A stretch of DNA of 64,000 nucleotides from Terriglobia bacterium. GTDB lineage: Bacteria > Acidobacteriota > Terriglobia > Acidiferrales > UBA7541. Below are positions 39,482-48,298 of the stretch, piece after piece; position 1 is the first letter of the stretch, and each line of letters begins with the position of its first letter. The position numbers and the translations under genes were made by a program. Below the pieces are notes generated by a model that worked only from the letters and a program-made list of their open reading frames with translations, had not been told where the DNA came from and searched no databases. The stretch spans positions 544,001 through 608,000 of the forward strand of contig OY968796.1 in assembly GCA_963695545.1 (NCBI GenBank), written 5' to 3'.

Positions 39482-41562
39482 ACTTTTTCTCCGAAGAACA
39501 GGCCGCCGAGCTCCGCGAGCTGATGTATGAAAGCTCAGAGGAACTCCTGCAGTCTTTGAACGACGCGGGATTGGAACTTGAGAAACATCCGGCCGACGCG
39601 GAGAGCATGCGAAGCGTGCGGCGCGCCGTGCATACCCTTAAGGGCGATTCGGCCGCGTGCGGCTTTCACGAGTTGAGCGAACTCGCGCACGAGTTGGAGG
39701 ACATGCTGACTCCGCAGCTCGCCGAGTCCGCGCCGGCCGCCGTAGCCGAGGTCGTATTGACGGCGGCAGATACATTCCACGCCATGCTTGCGGCCTACCG
39801 CGGAAAAATGCAGCCGCCTTCGGGCGACGCGCTACGCGCTCAACTGAAGCGCCTGATCGATGCGTCCACGGCGCCCTCCCCGCCCGAGGCTTCGGCACAG
39901 ATTGGGAAGAGCGCGGAGTGGACGGAGTACGAGCAGCGCGTGATTCGCGAAGCAATGCGCCAGGGCGCTTCGGTTTACAACGTTTCGCTGGCGATCGATC
40001 GGGCAAATCAAATGCCCGCCGCCGCCGTGCAGATGATTCGCGGCGCGCTCGAGAAATCCGGAAAGATACTCGCGATGCGCCCGCAGGACGGTGCTGGCGC
40101 GGAGTTTGTCTCGCAAGTGCAGGCCGTGATTTCAAGCAAGCGCACGCGGGAATCGATTGCGCGCTGCTGCCGAATTCCCGCGGTGGTGACGGCCATTGCC
40201 GTCGAGCCCGCCGCGATCGCTGCTGGATCGCAGGTGAGACACGACGCGCTCGGCGTCCTGCTCAAGGCGGAAGCGGAGGCCGTGGCCGCCGAGAATCTTG
40301 AAGCCGCGGAGCACGACGCGCCTCACACTCAGGCGCAGCTTCTGACGGGTTCGGGATCGGCTGAAAATATTCTGCGCGTGGATTCCACACGCATCGACGA
40401 GCTGCTGAACCTCGTCGGTGAACTGATCATCGGCAAATCCATGCTGCACCGCGCCGTCCAGGAATTTGAGACACGATTCCCGAAGGATCCGCTGCGCGCA
40501 CGGCTCGCGGACAGTCTTTCGCTTCAATCGCGAGTGCTCGGCGAATTGCAGAAATCCGTTCTCAAGGTGCGCATGGTTCCGGTCGAACAGCTTTTCCGGC
40601 GCGTGCCGCGCATCGTGCGCGACGTCGCGAAAACCTGCGGCCACGAAGTGGACGTGGAAGCGGCCGGACAGAACACCGATCTCGACAAGGGCATTCTCGA
40701 CTCTCTGGCCGAGCCGCTTTCCCATCTGGTTCGCAATGCCGTGGATCACGGCATCGAACCGGCCGCCGAGCGAATCGCCGCCGGCAAGCCGCCGCGCGGA
40801 ACGATCCGACTTAACGCGTACCATCGCGGGAATCAGGTGGTGATCGAAATCTCCGACGACGGCCGCGGAATTGACCGAACGAAAACGCTGCGCCGCGCGG
40901 TCGAAGGCGGCTTCGTGAAAGCCGAGGAAGGCGAGCGCCTGAGCGATTCGGAAATCGTGAACCTGATCTTTCAGCCCGGCTTTACTACGAGCGAGTGCGT
41001 CACGGAAGTTTCGGGGCGCGGGATCGGCATGGACGTTGTCGTGGGAGTGCTCGAACGCCTCAAAGGCACGGTAACGGTCGAAAGCGTGCCGGGCAAGAGC
41101 ACCACGTTTCAATTGAGCGTGCCGCTTACGCTGGCCAGCGTTTCATCGCTTCTGTTCCGGTCGGGCAAGCGTCTCTATGCGATCGAGCTGTGTTCGGTGG
41201 CGGAAATCGCGCGCGTGGATGCGCGCGAGATTCACGTCGTCGACAACCGCGAAATTATCGAGTTGCGTAATCAAATTCTGCTGCTGGTGCGTCTGGAATC
41301 GCCCGCGATGGACGCGCCGCCGAAATCGAACAAGATGTTTCTGTTGGTCGTGAATCACGCCGATCGCAAGTTCGGCTTGGTCGTGGACAGCTTGCTGGGC
41401 GAAGAGGATCTGGTGATCAAAGCGCTCGACGAAAAATACCTGAATAGCGATTTGTTGAGCGGCGCTTCGATCCTGGGCGACGGCGCGGTTGTGATGGTCC
41501 TGAACGTGGCGGCGCTGGCCGGAAAAGCCGGGAAATCGATGCTGCTGAGGGCCACGGCATGA
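39478..41562 (+). CDS. cheA: Chemotaxis histidine kinase
   Basis: GTG start overlapping the cheR stop (GTGA); VHTLKGDS, HLVRNAVDHGIE, DDGRGID, SGRGIGMDVV, CheW domain. Confidence 0.95.
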   Translation: MNFFSEEQAAELRELMYESSEELLQSLNDAGLELEKHPADAESMRSVRRAVHTLKGDSAACGFHELSELAHELEDMLTPQLAESAPAAVAEVVLTAADTFHAMLAAYRGKMQPPSGDALRAQLKRLIDASTAPSPPEASAQIGKSAEWTEYEQRVIREAMRQGASVYNVSLAIDRANQMPAAAVQMIRGALEKSGKILAMRPQDGAGAEFVSQVQAVISSKRTRESIARCCRIPAVVTAIAVEPAAIAAGSQVRHDALGVLLKAEAEAVAAENLEAAEHDAPHTQAQLLTGSGSAENILRVDSTRIDELLNLVGELIIGKSMLHRAVQEFETRFPKDPLRARLADSLSLQSRVLGELQKSVLKVRMVPVEQLFRRVPRIVRDVAKTCGHEVDVEAAGQNTDLDKGILDSLAEPLSHLVRNAVDHGIEPAAERIAAGKPPRGTIRLNAYHRGNQVVIEISDDGRGIDRTKTLRRAVEGGFVKAEEGERLSDSEIVNLIFQPGFTTSECVTEVSGRGIGMDVVVGVLERLKGTVTVESVPGKSTTFQLSVPLTLASVSSLLFRSGKRLYAIELCSVAEIARVDAREIHVVDNREIIELRNQILLLVRLESPAMDAPPKSNKMFLLVVNHADRKFGLVVDSLLGEEDLVIKALDEKYLNSDLLSGASILGDGAVVMVLNVAALAGKAGKSMLLRATA

Positions 41563-42683
41563 AAGGCGCAATTCGCGTGCTGGTGGTCGACGATTCCGCG
41601 CTGATGCGGAAGCTGATCCCGCAGATTCTCAGCCGCGATCTGGGCATCGAGGTGGTTGGGACGGCCATGGACGGCACCTTTGTGCTGAAGAAAATCGAAG
41701 AGCTGAAGCCGCACGTGATCACGCTCGATCTGAAAATGCCGCGCATGGACGGGATCGAAACACTGCGCGTAATTATGCGCGAGCACCCGCTGCCGGTGAT
41801 CGTGGTCAGCGCGCACTCGCAGCAAGGCGCCCGAGCCGCGCTGAAGGCTCTTTCGCTCGGCGCGTTCGAGTTCGTGGCCAAGCCGATGGACGCCGCTTCG
41901 GGCAATTTGAACGACATCGCCGCCGAGCTCGCGGACAAAATCAAGATTGCTGCGAACGTGGACCTCTCGAAAGCGCCGCGCGATATTCATCTTCCGCCGA
42001 AGCCCCACAAAACCCCTCTTAACGAAAATCTTCGACCGACGAAAGTCGTGGCCATCGGGATTTCCACCGGCGGGCCCAATGCCTTGCAGCTTCTTTTTTC
42101 GCAACTACCCCCCGATTTCCCGGGGACGATTCTAGCGGTGCAGCACATGCCCGAAGGCTTCACAGATATGTTCGCGCGCCGCCTGGACGAGTGCTCCGCG
42201 ATCCACGTCAAAGAGGCCAAGCCCGGAGATTTACTTCTGGCGGGTCGCGCACTGATTTGTCCGGGCAACCGGCACATGAAAGTGCGCCGCATGCCGCTCG
42301 GTGAAATTGTGGCGCTTGAAGATTCCGCGCCGGTGAATGGCCACCGGCCCTCGGTAGACGTGTTGTTCGATTCGGTGGCGCGCGAATTCCCCGGCGGCGC
42401 CGTCGGCGTGCTGATGACGGGCATGGGCGAAGATGGCGCCGAAGGAATGGGCGCGATCAAGGCGGCAGGAGGATTCACGCTGGCGCAGAGCGAAGAAACT
42501 TGCGTGGTCGCGGGAATGCCGAAGGCGGCGATGGATCGGGGATTCGTGGACAAAGTCGCGCCGCTCGATTCGCTGGCGCGCCTGATCTGCAGGCGCTGCG
42601 CTCCCGAGGCGCAGCACGCAAAGGACGAGCCGCGCGCCGTAGCGCAGGCCGCCGCACGAGATTCAGGATTTGGGAAGGAGTAA
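41559..42683 (+). CDS. cheB: Chemotaxis response regulator protein-glutamate methylesterase
   Basis: VDDSALMR, GISTGGP, QHMP, HRPSVD, MTGMGEDG. Confidence 0.96.
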   Translation: MKGAIRVLVVDDSALMRKLIPQILSRDLGIEVVGTAMDGTFVLKKIEELKPHVITLDLKMPRMDGIETLRVIMREHPLPVIVVSAHSQQGARAALKALSLGAFEFVAKPMDAASGNLNDIAAELADKIKIAANVDLSKAPRDIHLPPKPHKTPLNENLRPTKVVAIGISTGGPNALQLLFSQLPPDFPGTILAVQHMPEGFTDMFARRLDECSAIHVKEAKPGDLLLAGRALICPGNRHMKVRRMPLGEIVALEDSAPVNGHRPSVDVLFDSVAREFPGGAVGVLMTGMGEDGAEGMGAIKAAGGFTLAQSEETCVVAGMPKAAMDRGFVDKVAPLDSLARLICRRCAPEAQHAKDEPRAVAQAAARDSGFGKE

Positions 42684-42687
42684 GACA

Positions 42688-43134
42688 ATGTCACAATTTG
42701 CAGCGCTCACTCGCAAGGACGACCAGCAGCCAGTCCGCTACCTCGTGGTGGACGATTCCGTCTTCGCGCGGAAGAACCTCGCGCGCATGATCGAGGCGTT
42801 CGGCGGCCAATTGGCCGGCGAGGCCGGCGACGGTTGCGCCGCGATCGCCGAGTACAACCGCATCAAGCCGGACTTGGTGTTGATGGACATCACCATGCCG
42901 CAGATGGAAGGGATTGAAGCCGTTGAACAGATCATGCGGCAACATCCCGAAGCGCGCATCGTGATGGTTTCTTCGGTGGGATACCAGGACAACATTCTCG
43001 CGGCGCTGCAGCGCGGAGCGCGGCATTTCGTGCAAAAGCCGGTGAAGCCGGAAGTGCTCTACGAAATTCTGCGCTACGTGCTGAACGACCAGCTCTCGGC
43101 CGTGGCCGTGGAAACGGGAGACTCCGGCCAATGA
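42688..43134 (+). CDS. cheY: CheY-like response regulator
   Basis: VVDDSVFAR, LMDITMP, MVSS, VQKP; AAGGAG SD. Confidence 0.9.
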   Translation: MSQFAALTRKDDQQPVRYLVVDDSVFARKNLARMIEAFGGQLAGEAGDGCAAIAEYNRIKPDLVLMDITMPQMEGIEAVEQIMRQHPEARIVMVSSVGYQDNILAALQRGARHFVQKPVKPEVLYEILRYVLNDQLSAVAVETGDSGQ

Positions 43135-43631
43135 AAATGGAATTGCTGCAACCGTTCATCAATTCCGCGGACGCCGTGCTGGCGCAAACACTGTGCTGCG
43201 CGACGACCGTCGGAGACGTCACCATGGAGGAAGATATCTACCGGCGCAAAGGCCTCGCGGCGATGGTCGTCATCCGCGGAGAACTCGAAGGGCGCATCAT
43301 TTTCGATATCGAACCGCGCACGGCCGCGAAGGCCGCGAGTATCTTGACGGGCAGCGACGTCGCCGAATCGGAAGAAATGGTGCGCGAGACGGTGTGCGAG
43401 CTGGCCAACATGCTGATCGGAAACGCCGTGACCTCGCTGAACGATCAAGGTTTCCATTTCAGCGTGGCCCCGCCAAAAATGCACACCGAAGAAGAAGGCT
43501 TGGGCGCGACTCCGGATACGGACGCGCTGGTGATGTCGTTCGAGACGCCATATGGCGTCGCTTACCTGAATCTCGCGATCCGCAAGAATCTGCGTCGCAG
43601 AAGCGAACGCGCTTCCCGCCTACCGATGTAA
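43131..43631 (+). CDS. cheX: CheX-family phosphatase
   Basis: LLQPFINSA...GELEGRII...VCELANMLIGNA (ExxN)...VAPP. Confidence 0.9.
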   Translation: MKMELLQPFINSADAVLAQTLCCATTVGDVTMEEDIYRRKGLAAMVVIRGELEGRIIFDIEPRTAAKAASILTGSDVAESEEMVRETVCELANMLIGNAVTSLNDQGFHFSVAPPKMHTEEEGLGATPDTDALVMSFETPYGVAYLNLAIRKNLRRRSERASRLPM

Positions 43632-43700
43632 CTTCGCGCACTTGAAAATTTTCGGACGAATAGCGCCCGTCGCGGGACCTGCGATCCGGCGAAACCAGGC

Positions 43701-44591
43701 CTACGCTGCGGGGTTGGTTAGAGCGGGCGCGGGCGAATAGGCGACGCCGTGGCGGGAGAGACCAATCGCCGGGATCGCCTGATGGTATACGACTTCGGCG
43801 GGAACGAAGACATTCGCGCCTTCCCGCGCGTACGGCACGGCAACGGAGAGCGAAGTGCCCGCGGGATAGCCGCGGCGGCTGCGAAAACAAAGTCCCGTGG
43901 GCGACACGTTTTCGCACACCACGATTTCGTCCGCCTCGCCCGGGCGACGAATGCAGGCCTGCAGAATGGCGCGCACACGGTTGCTCTTTCGCGGGTCCGG
44001 AGAAGATTGCGGAACCTCTCCCGCCGCGGTTTCCACCGCGAATCGCTTCGTGGAATCTTCCTGCGCCGCCGGCTGCCAAAGCGTCGACACGCCGCAGGAA
44101 CGGCACGCGCGCGCGACGATCTGATGCAGGTCGAATTCGCGCAATTCCCGCTCATCGAGATAGGCGATCTCACGGCTGCGGCAGTGTACGCATTCCATCA
44201 CCAGCCGGGCCAGGGCGCGTTGCGCAGTGTCGAGCGGCGGAATGGCCACGTCCCACAGTGCGGCGCCGGGATCCACGAGCGCGACGCCGTATGCGAATCC
44301 TTCCGGCTGCGCGCTGAGTTGCACGACGACACGCGCCTCGGCCTCGCGATTCTCCAGCGGCACGGGCGTTCCATCGCTGGCGATACTACCGAAGCTCGCC
44401 GAGCGCAATCGCAGCCGCAACGATTGCCCGATAGCGAGTTGCCGGCGGAGCACGAGTTCAGCACCGCCGCGGCTGACCAGTTGGGTGCGCGCGGGTTCGG
44501 CGAATTCCTGGCCGGATGGATCGGTTCCGAGCGCTTCGAGCGCGATCGTGAGCGTCACGCGATCGCTGCTGCGGGTATTGGTTGCCAGCAT
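43701..44591 (-). CDS. Tandem PilZ protein with central CxxC-CxxC module
   Basis: N-terminal RSSDR...VSRGG; CVHC...CRSC; C-terminal RKSNR...NVSPTG. Confidence 0.85.
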   Translation of the reverse strand: MLATNTRSSDRVTLTIALEALGTDPSGQEFAEPARTQLVSRGGAELVLRRQLAIGQSLRLRLRSASFGSIASDGTPVPLENREAEARVVVQLSAQPEGFAYGVALVDPGAALWDVAIPPLDTAQRALARLVMECVHCRSREIAYLDERELREFDLHQIVARACRSCGVSTLWQPAAQEDSTKRFAVETAAGEVPQSSPDPRKSNRVRAILQACIRRPGEADEIVVCENVSPTGLCFRSRRGYPAGTSLSVAVPYAREGANVFVPAEVVYHQAIPAIGLSRHGVAYSPAPALTNPAA

Positions 44592-44659
44592 TGAGTCCTC
44601 TTTCCGCTAGCGTTTCTCGCCCCCGCCTTGAATGGGCGACGAGCGAAAGTCCGCGATGT

Positions 44660-45604
44660 TCAGGCGCGCTGCAACACAGGCGACGTCGCCGTGGCGCCGC
44701 GCGAGGCTGCCAGAACTTCGATCGTCGGAAAAGATGTGGATGGCGCCGGCGCGACCTGCGGACGCTGTATTCCCTGACGCAAAGCCTGATGCAGCATCTC
44801 CAGCGCTTCCTGCGCATTCGGCGGGCTGACGACTGTAGCTGTGAGCAGGCCGCTGCGAACCCACGCTTGTCCCGTGCGCGGCACGCCGTCGATGCCGAGA
44901 TAAGGGACGCTGAGCCAGCGCTTGCGATCGATTTCGGAGGTTTGCTGCTGCTCGAAAGCGCGGCGGGCGCCGAGCGCCATCACGTCGTTCTGTCCAGCGA
45001 CGAGATCGACGCGCGCTTTTTGCGATGTGGTCAGACGCAGCCAGGAAGTGACCACGCGATGCGCGCTGGCTTCGGTCCACTGGCCTTTGAGGAAAGTGAT
45101 CTGCGCGTTTTCGGGTTTGGTTTCATTCATTCCGGCGATGCGCTGCTGCGCGGCGGAACTTTCCGAAGTCCCGGTGATGTAGAGAATCGCGCCGCCTTTC
45201 GGAAGCAGCGCGGCGATCTGCCGGCCCTGGATGCGGCCGATCTCCTTGTGATCCTTGCTGATGTTGAGTATCGGCACGCGGTAGTTGAGCCGCAAATCGG
45301 AAATGTACGGCGCGGCGCGATTGATCACGGCCCACGCGATCCCGGCGGATACCGCTGCGCGCGCCACCTGCGGAAGCGCGGTGCTGCTCACGGGTTCGAG
45401 CGCGATGGCCTCTGGCCGATTCTGCGGCGCGGCCTGCACGGCCTTCAGCAATTGCTGGCTTTGCGTGATGGAATCGTTCTCGGCGAACACGATTTCCACC
45501 TCGATGCCCAGGCGCTTTGCGGTTTCGCGCGCCGCGGCGGCTTGCTCGAGCTGGTAGTCATTGTCCTCGGTCATCAACGAAACAAGAACGCGGAGCGGCT
45601 TCAT
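44660..45604 (-). CDS. Type I (sugar/LacI-like) solute-binding-domain protein without signal peptide
   Basis: NDYQ...ENDSITQ...WAVINR...IGRIQG...QRIAG...GQNDVMALGA...GIDG...LTATV. Confidence 0.85.
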   Translation of the reverse strand: MKPLRVLVSLMTEDNDYQLEQAAAARETAKRLGIEVEIVFAENDSITQSQQLLKAVQAAPQNRPEAIALEPVSSTALPQVARAAVSAGIAWAVINRAAPYISDLRLNYRVPILNISKDHKEIGRIQGRQIAALLPKGGAILYITGTSESSAAQQRIAGMNETKPENAQITFLKGQWTEASAHRVVTSWLRLTTSQKARVDLVAGQNDVMALGARRAFEQQQTSEIDRKRWLSVPYLGIDGVPRTGQAWVRSGLLTATVVSPPNAQEALEMLHQALRQGIQRPQVAPAPSTSFPTIEVLAASRGATATSPVLQRA

Positions 45605-46103
45605 GGGGGCTCCTGGATAGAACCGGCGATGGTCCAGTATTAAGGTATACCCGCGAGAGCACGGATCACCGCTCCGATCCGCGCGCGATGCCCTGAGAGG
45701 AAATAGCCCATTGGTACGGGGTGCGGTATTTGAGAGAACGGCAGTGCGGCGTATCTCAGTGCCCCACACCCCGGGGCATTCTGAGCTTCCCAATCGATTG
45801 AACGGCCAGACCGTTCAGACTAACGCAAGGCACTTGTCCGGCAATCCGGCTCCACTGGAATTAGTCGCGTGGTCGAGTGACTAGAGAACGATATCGGCGG
45901 CGAACGCCAGCCCCCGAGAACCGGGGACATCGGGTTGGGCTTGTGCGGTATCAGACGTCGAAACATGAGAGGCTCAGGCGATGCGTAGTGCGCCAGCAAA
46001 GCCACACCCAGCGCGATCACATCGAACCCGCAAATTGACGCGAACCTGGCGAGATCTTCTCGCGGCGTTTGTAACCCCCCCGGCGCGGGTTTGATTGGAT
46101 GCG

Positions 46104-46871
46104 TCATACGCGGAGCAAGAAAAAGAGGCCGAGCGCGGTCAGCGCCACGCCGTACCAGCGTTCAAGCGTGGTGGCCCGCGTTCGAATTGCAAGCCTTGCG
46201 CCGAGGTATGAAAACGGAACGGACCCAAGCGCGAGAAATCCAGCCACAGACCAGGAGATGTGGCCCAGGTAGGCATGCACGATCGTTCCCGGCACGGCTA
46301 AAGCGGCGGAGACGGCGAGCGAGCACGCAAAGGATTTCTTGATCGGCTGGCGCAGAAATTGGACATAACTTGGCGCAAGCAGAAAGCCGCCGGAGTTTGC
46401 CAAGAGCCCCGAAGTTAATCCAACTCCGGTGGCAACGAAGATCAAGCGAAGCCGCCAATGCGAGGGGCGGCCTTCCGGAAGAGTGGCATTCGTCGCCTTA
46501 GAGAACACCTTCTGTATCGGCGGAAGCAGGAACGAGAGTCCGAATCCGAGCACGAGCAATCCCGTGGCGATCAACAGCGGACGCGCGCCCGTGAAACGAC
46601 TGAGGTACGCCCCGGCGATAGTGGCAGGCACTCCAACTCCGATGCTCCACCAAATGATCTGCCAATCCAAAAGATGCGACTGCCAATACTCCGCCGAAGC
46701 AATTAAGGTTCCGGGCACGGTCGCGGGCAACGGAGCAGCCACTGCGACAAAGCCTGGAACACCGATTAGGCTCAGAAGAGGGGTTGCAACGGCACTGCCG
46801 CCTTTTCCGAACAAACCACCAAGGAAGCCCACGATGATGCCCACGGTAAGTTCTCCGAGGTGCCGGAACAT
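46104..46871 (-). CDS. TSUP (TauE/SafE) family transporter
   Basis: GFLGGLFGKGGSAVATP and SGLLANSGGFLLAP duplicated halves; about 8 TMs. Confidence 0.9.
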   Translation of the reverse strand: MFRHLGELTVGIIVGFLGGLFGKGGSAVATPLLSLIGVPGFVAVAAPLPATVPGTLIASAEYWQSHLLDWQIIWWSIGVGVPATIAGAYLSRFTGARPLLIATGLLVLGFGLSFLLPPIQKVFSKATNATLPEGRPSHWRLRLIFVATGVGLTSGLLANSGGFLLAPSYVQFLRQPIKKSFACSLAVSAALAVPGTIVHAYLGHISWSVAGFLALGSVPFSYLGARLAIRTRATTLERWYGVALTALGLFFLLRV

Positions 46872-46953
46872 TTATCCTCTCTCTCGATTCCAAACCCGCC
46901 GCAGTCTTATGCGCGGCGCGCTTCCGAGGTGTCGACGCGCGAAATTCGCGATA

Positions 46954-48297
46954 TTAGTGCAAGTCCCCTACCTCGAAGTTGAGCGAATCCGTCGAAATTT
47001 GGAATTGATATTTGGCCTGGGCCTGGGCGACTTCGGCTTGCGCTTGGTTCAATTGCGCTTCGCTGAGCTCGACGATTGAGCTCAGGCCGAGATTGTAGCG
47101 GGCCTGCGCAAGCTGCAGCGCCAGATCAGCTTGCTGCTTGAACTGATCGGTGAGGCTCAGATTCTGAAATGCGGTATTCGCCTGGTTATAAGCGACGCGA
47201 ACGTCGCGCGCGACTTCATCCGCGAGTTCGTTCACCTGCTGACCCGCGGCGTCGGCGGCGAATTCTGCTTCGCGATGCCGAGCGGAAAATGCGCGGCCGT
47301 CAAAGATGGGAATCGTGAGATTAAAACCCGCCGCGGCATAGTTGCTCGTCAGCGGATCCTCGCGCACGGGAGTCACACCCGCAACACCGATGGCGGCGAG
47401 AGTCGGATTCCACAGTTCCGCTTCGGCCTTTGCGTATTCTTGCGCCGATTGTTGATGCAAGCGGCTGCTGGCAAGTTCTGGCCGCTGCTGAAAAGCCTCC
47501 GCGATCAAGTCGGCGAGGCTGGCGGCGAATTTTTCAGGCATGGGTTGGTCTTCGAGCACGAAGCTTCGCTCGTCGGAGTACCCGAGTGCGAGCGAGAGAT
47601 CGGCGAAGGCGGATTGAAGGTTGTTTTCGGCTTGCGTAAGAAATAGCTGCGCCTGCGCAAGATTCACGTTTGCGAAACTCACGTCGAGCGAGGATTTCAA
47701 TTGATTCTTCTCGAGCGCGGTGACTTGATTCGCGACGAGTTGACGCGCCGCGACAACTTGTTGTGAGACGCCGAGGACCGCCTGCGCCTCGAGCGCGCGG
47801 AAATAAGCCTCGTCGACCTGAAGGAGCACGTCTTCACGCGTGGCCGCGGCGTTCTGCTGTTGCGATTTGGCTTCGAGATCGGCGGACTTCACCAGGCTGT
47901 GCGTGCGCCCAAAATCGGTGACCAGCTGATTGACTTCGACGCCGCCGGCGAAGCGATCGTACACGGACGGATTGTTCAAGCCGCCGGCGGTGATGCGACT
48001 GTCGCTTTCGGCGTCCACGCCGGTGACGTTGCCGAAAACCTGCGGGAAATATGCGGCGCGCGCTTCGGCTGTTGCTGCGCCGGCCTGTTGCGCGGTGAAT
48101 TGCGCGCCGAGCAGTTGCGGCTGATTGCGCAAGGCGATCGCCTGGGCCTCGGCGAGAGTCAGCGATTGGGGCGCCGCGGGACTTGCGGTTTGATTTGGGG
48201 CTGGCGCGTGCCCGGGAGAGACCGCTTGCGCGAAATCCGGTCGAGGCAGACACGGTAACGAACACACTACGACGACAAGAATAAGAAATCGCTTCAT
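46954..48297 (-). CDS. TolC family outer membrane protein
   Basis: Signal peptide; LTLAEAQAIAL.NQP; IPIFDG; ARYNLGLSSIVEL..AQ. Confidence 0.93.
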   Translation of the reverse strand: MKRFLILVVVVCSLPCLPRPDFAQAVSPGHAPAPNQTASPAAPQSLTLAEAQAIALRNQPQLLGAQFTAQQAGAATAEARAAYFPQVFGNVTGVDAESDSRITAGGLNNPSVYDRFAGGVEVNQLVTDFGRTHSLVKSADLEAKSQQQNAAATREDVLLQVDEAYFRALEAQAVLGVSQQVVAARQLVANQVTALEKNQLKSSLDVSFANVNLAQAQLFLTQAENNLQSAFADLSLALGYSDERSFVLEDQPMPEKFAASLADLIAEAFQQRPELASSRLHQQSAQEYAKAEAELWNPTLAAIGVAGVTPVREDPLTSNYAAAGFNLTIPIFDGRAFSARHREAEFAADAAGQQVNELADEVARDVRVAYNQANTAFQNLSLTDQFKQQADLALQLAQARYNLGLSSIVELSEAQLNQAQAEVAQAQAKYQFQISTDSLNFEVGDLH

Positions 48298-48298
48298 T

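Noticed and set aside
45820..46107. 95-aa ORF overlapping the TSUP stop (ATGA), containing WRSPP
   Set aside because: No recognisable domain and the motif is not terminal; may be real but is unsupported.
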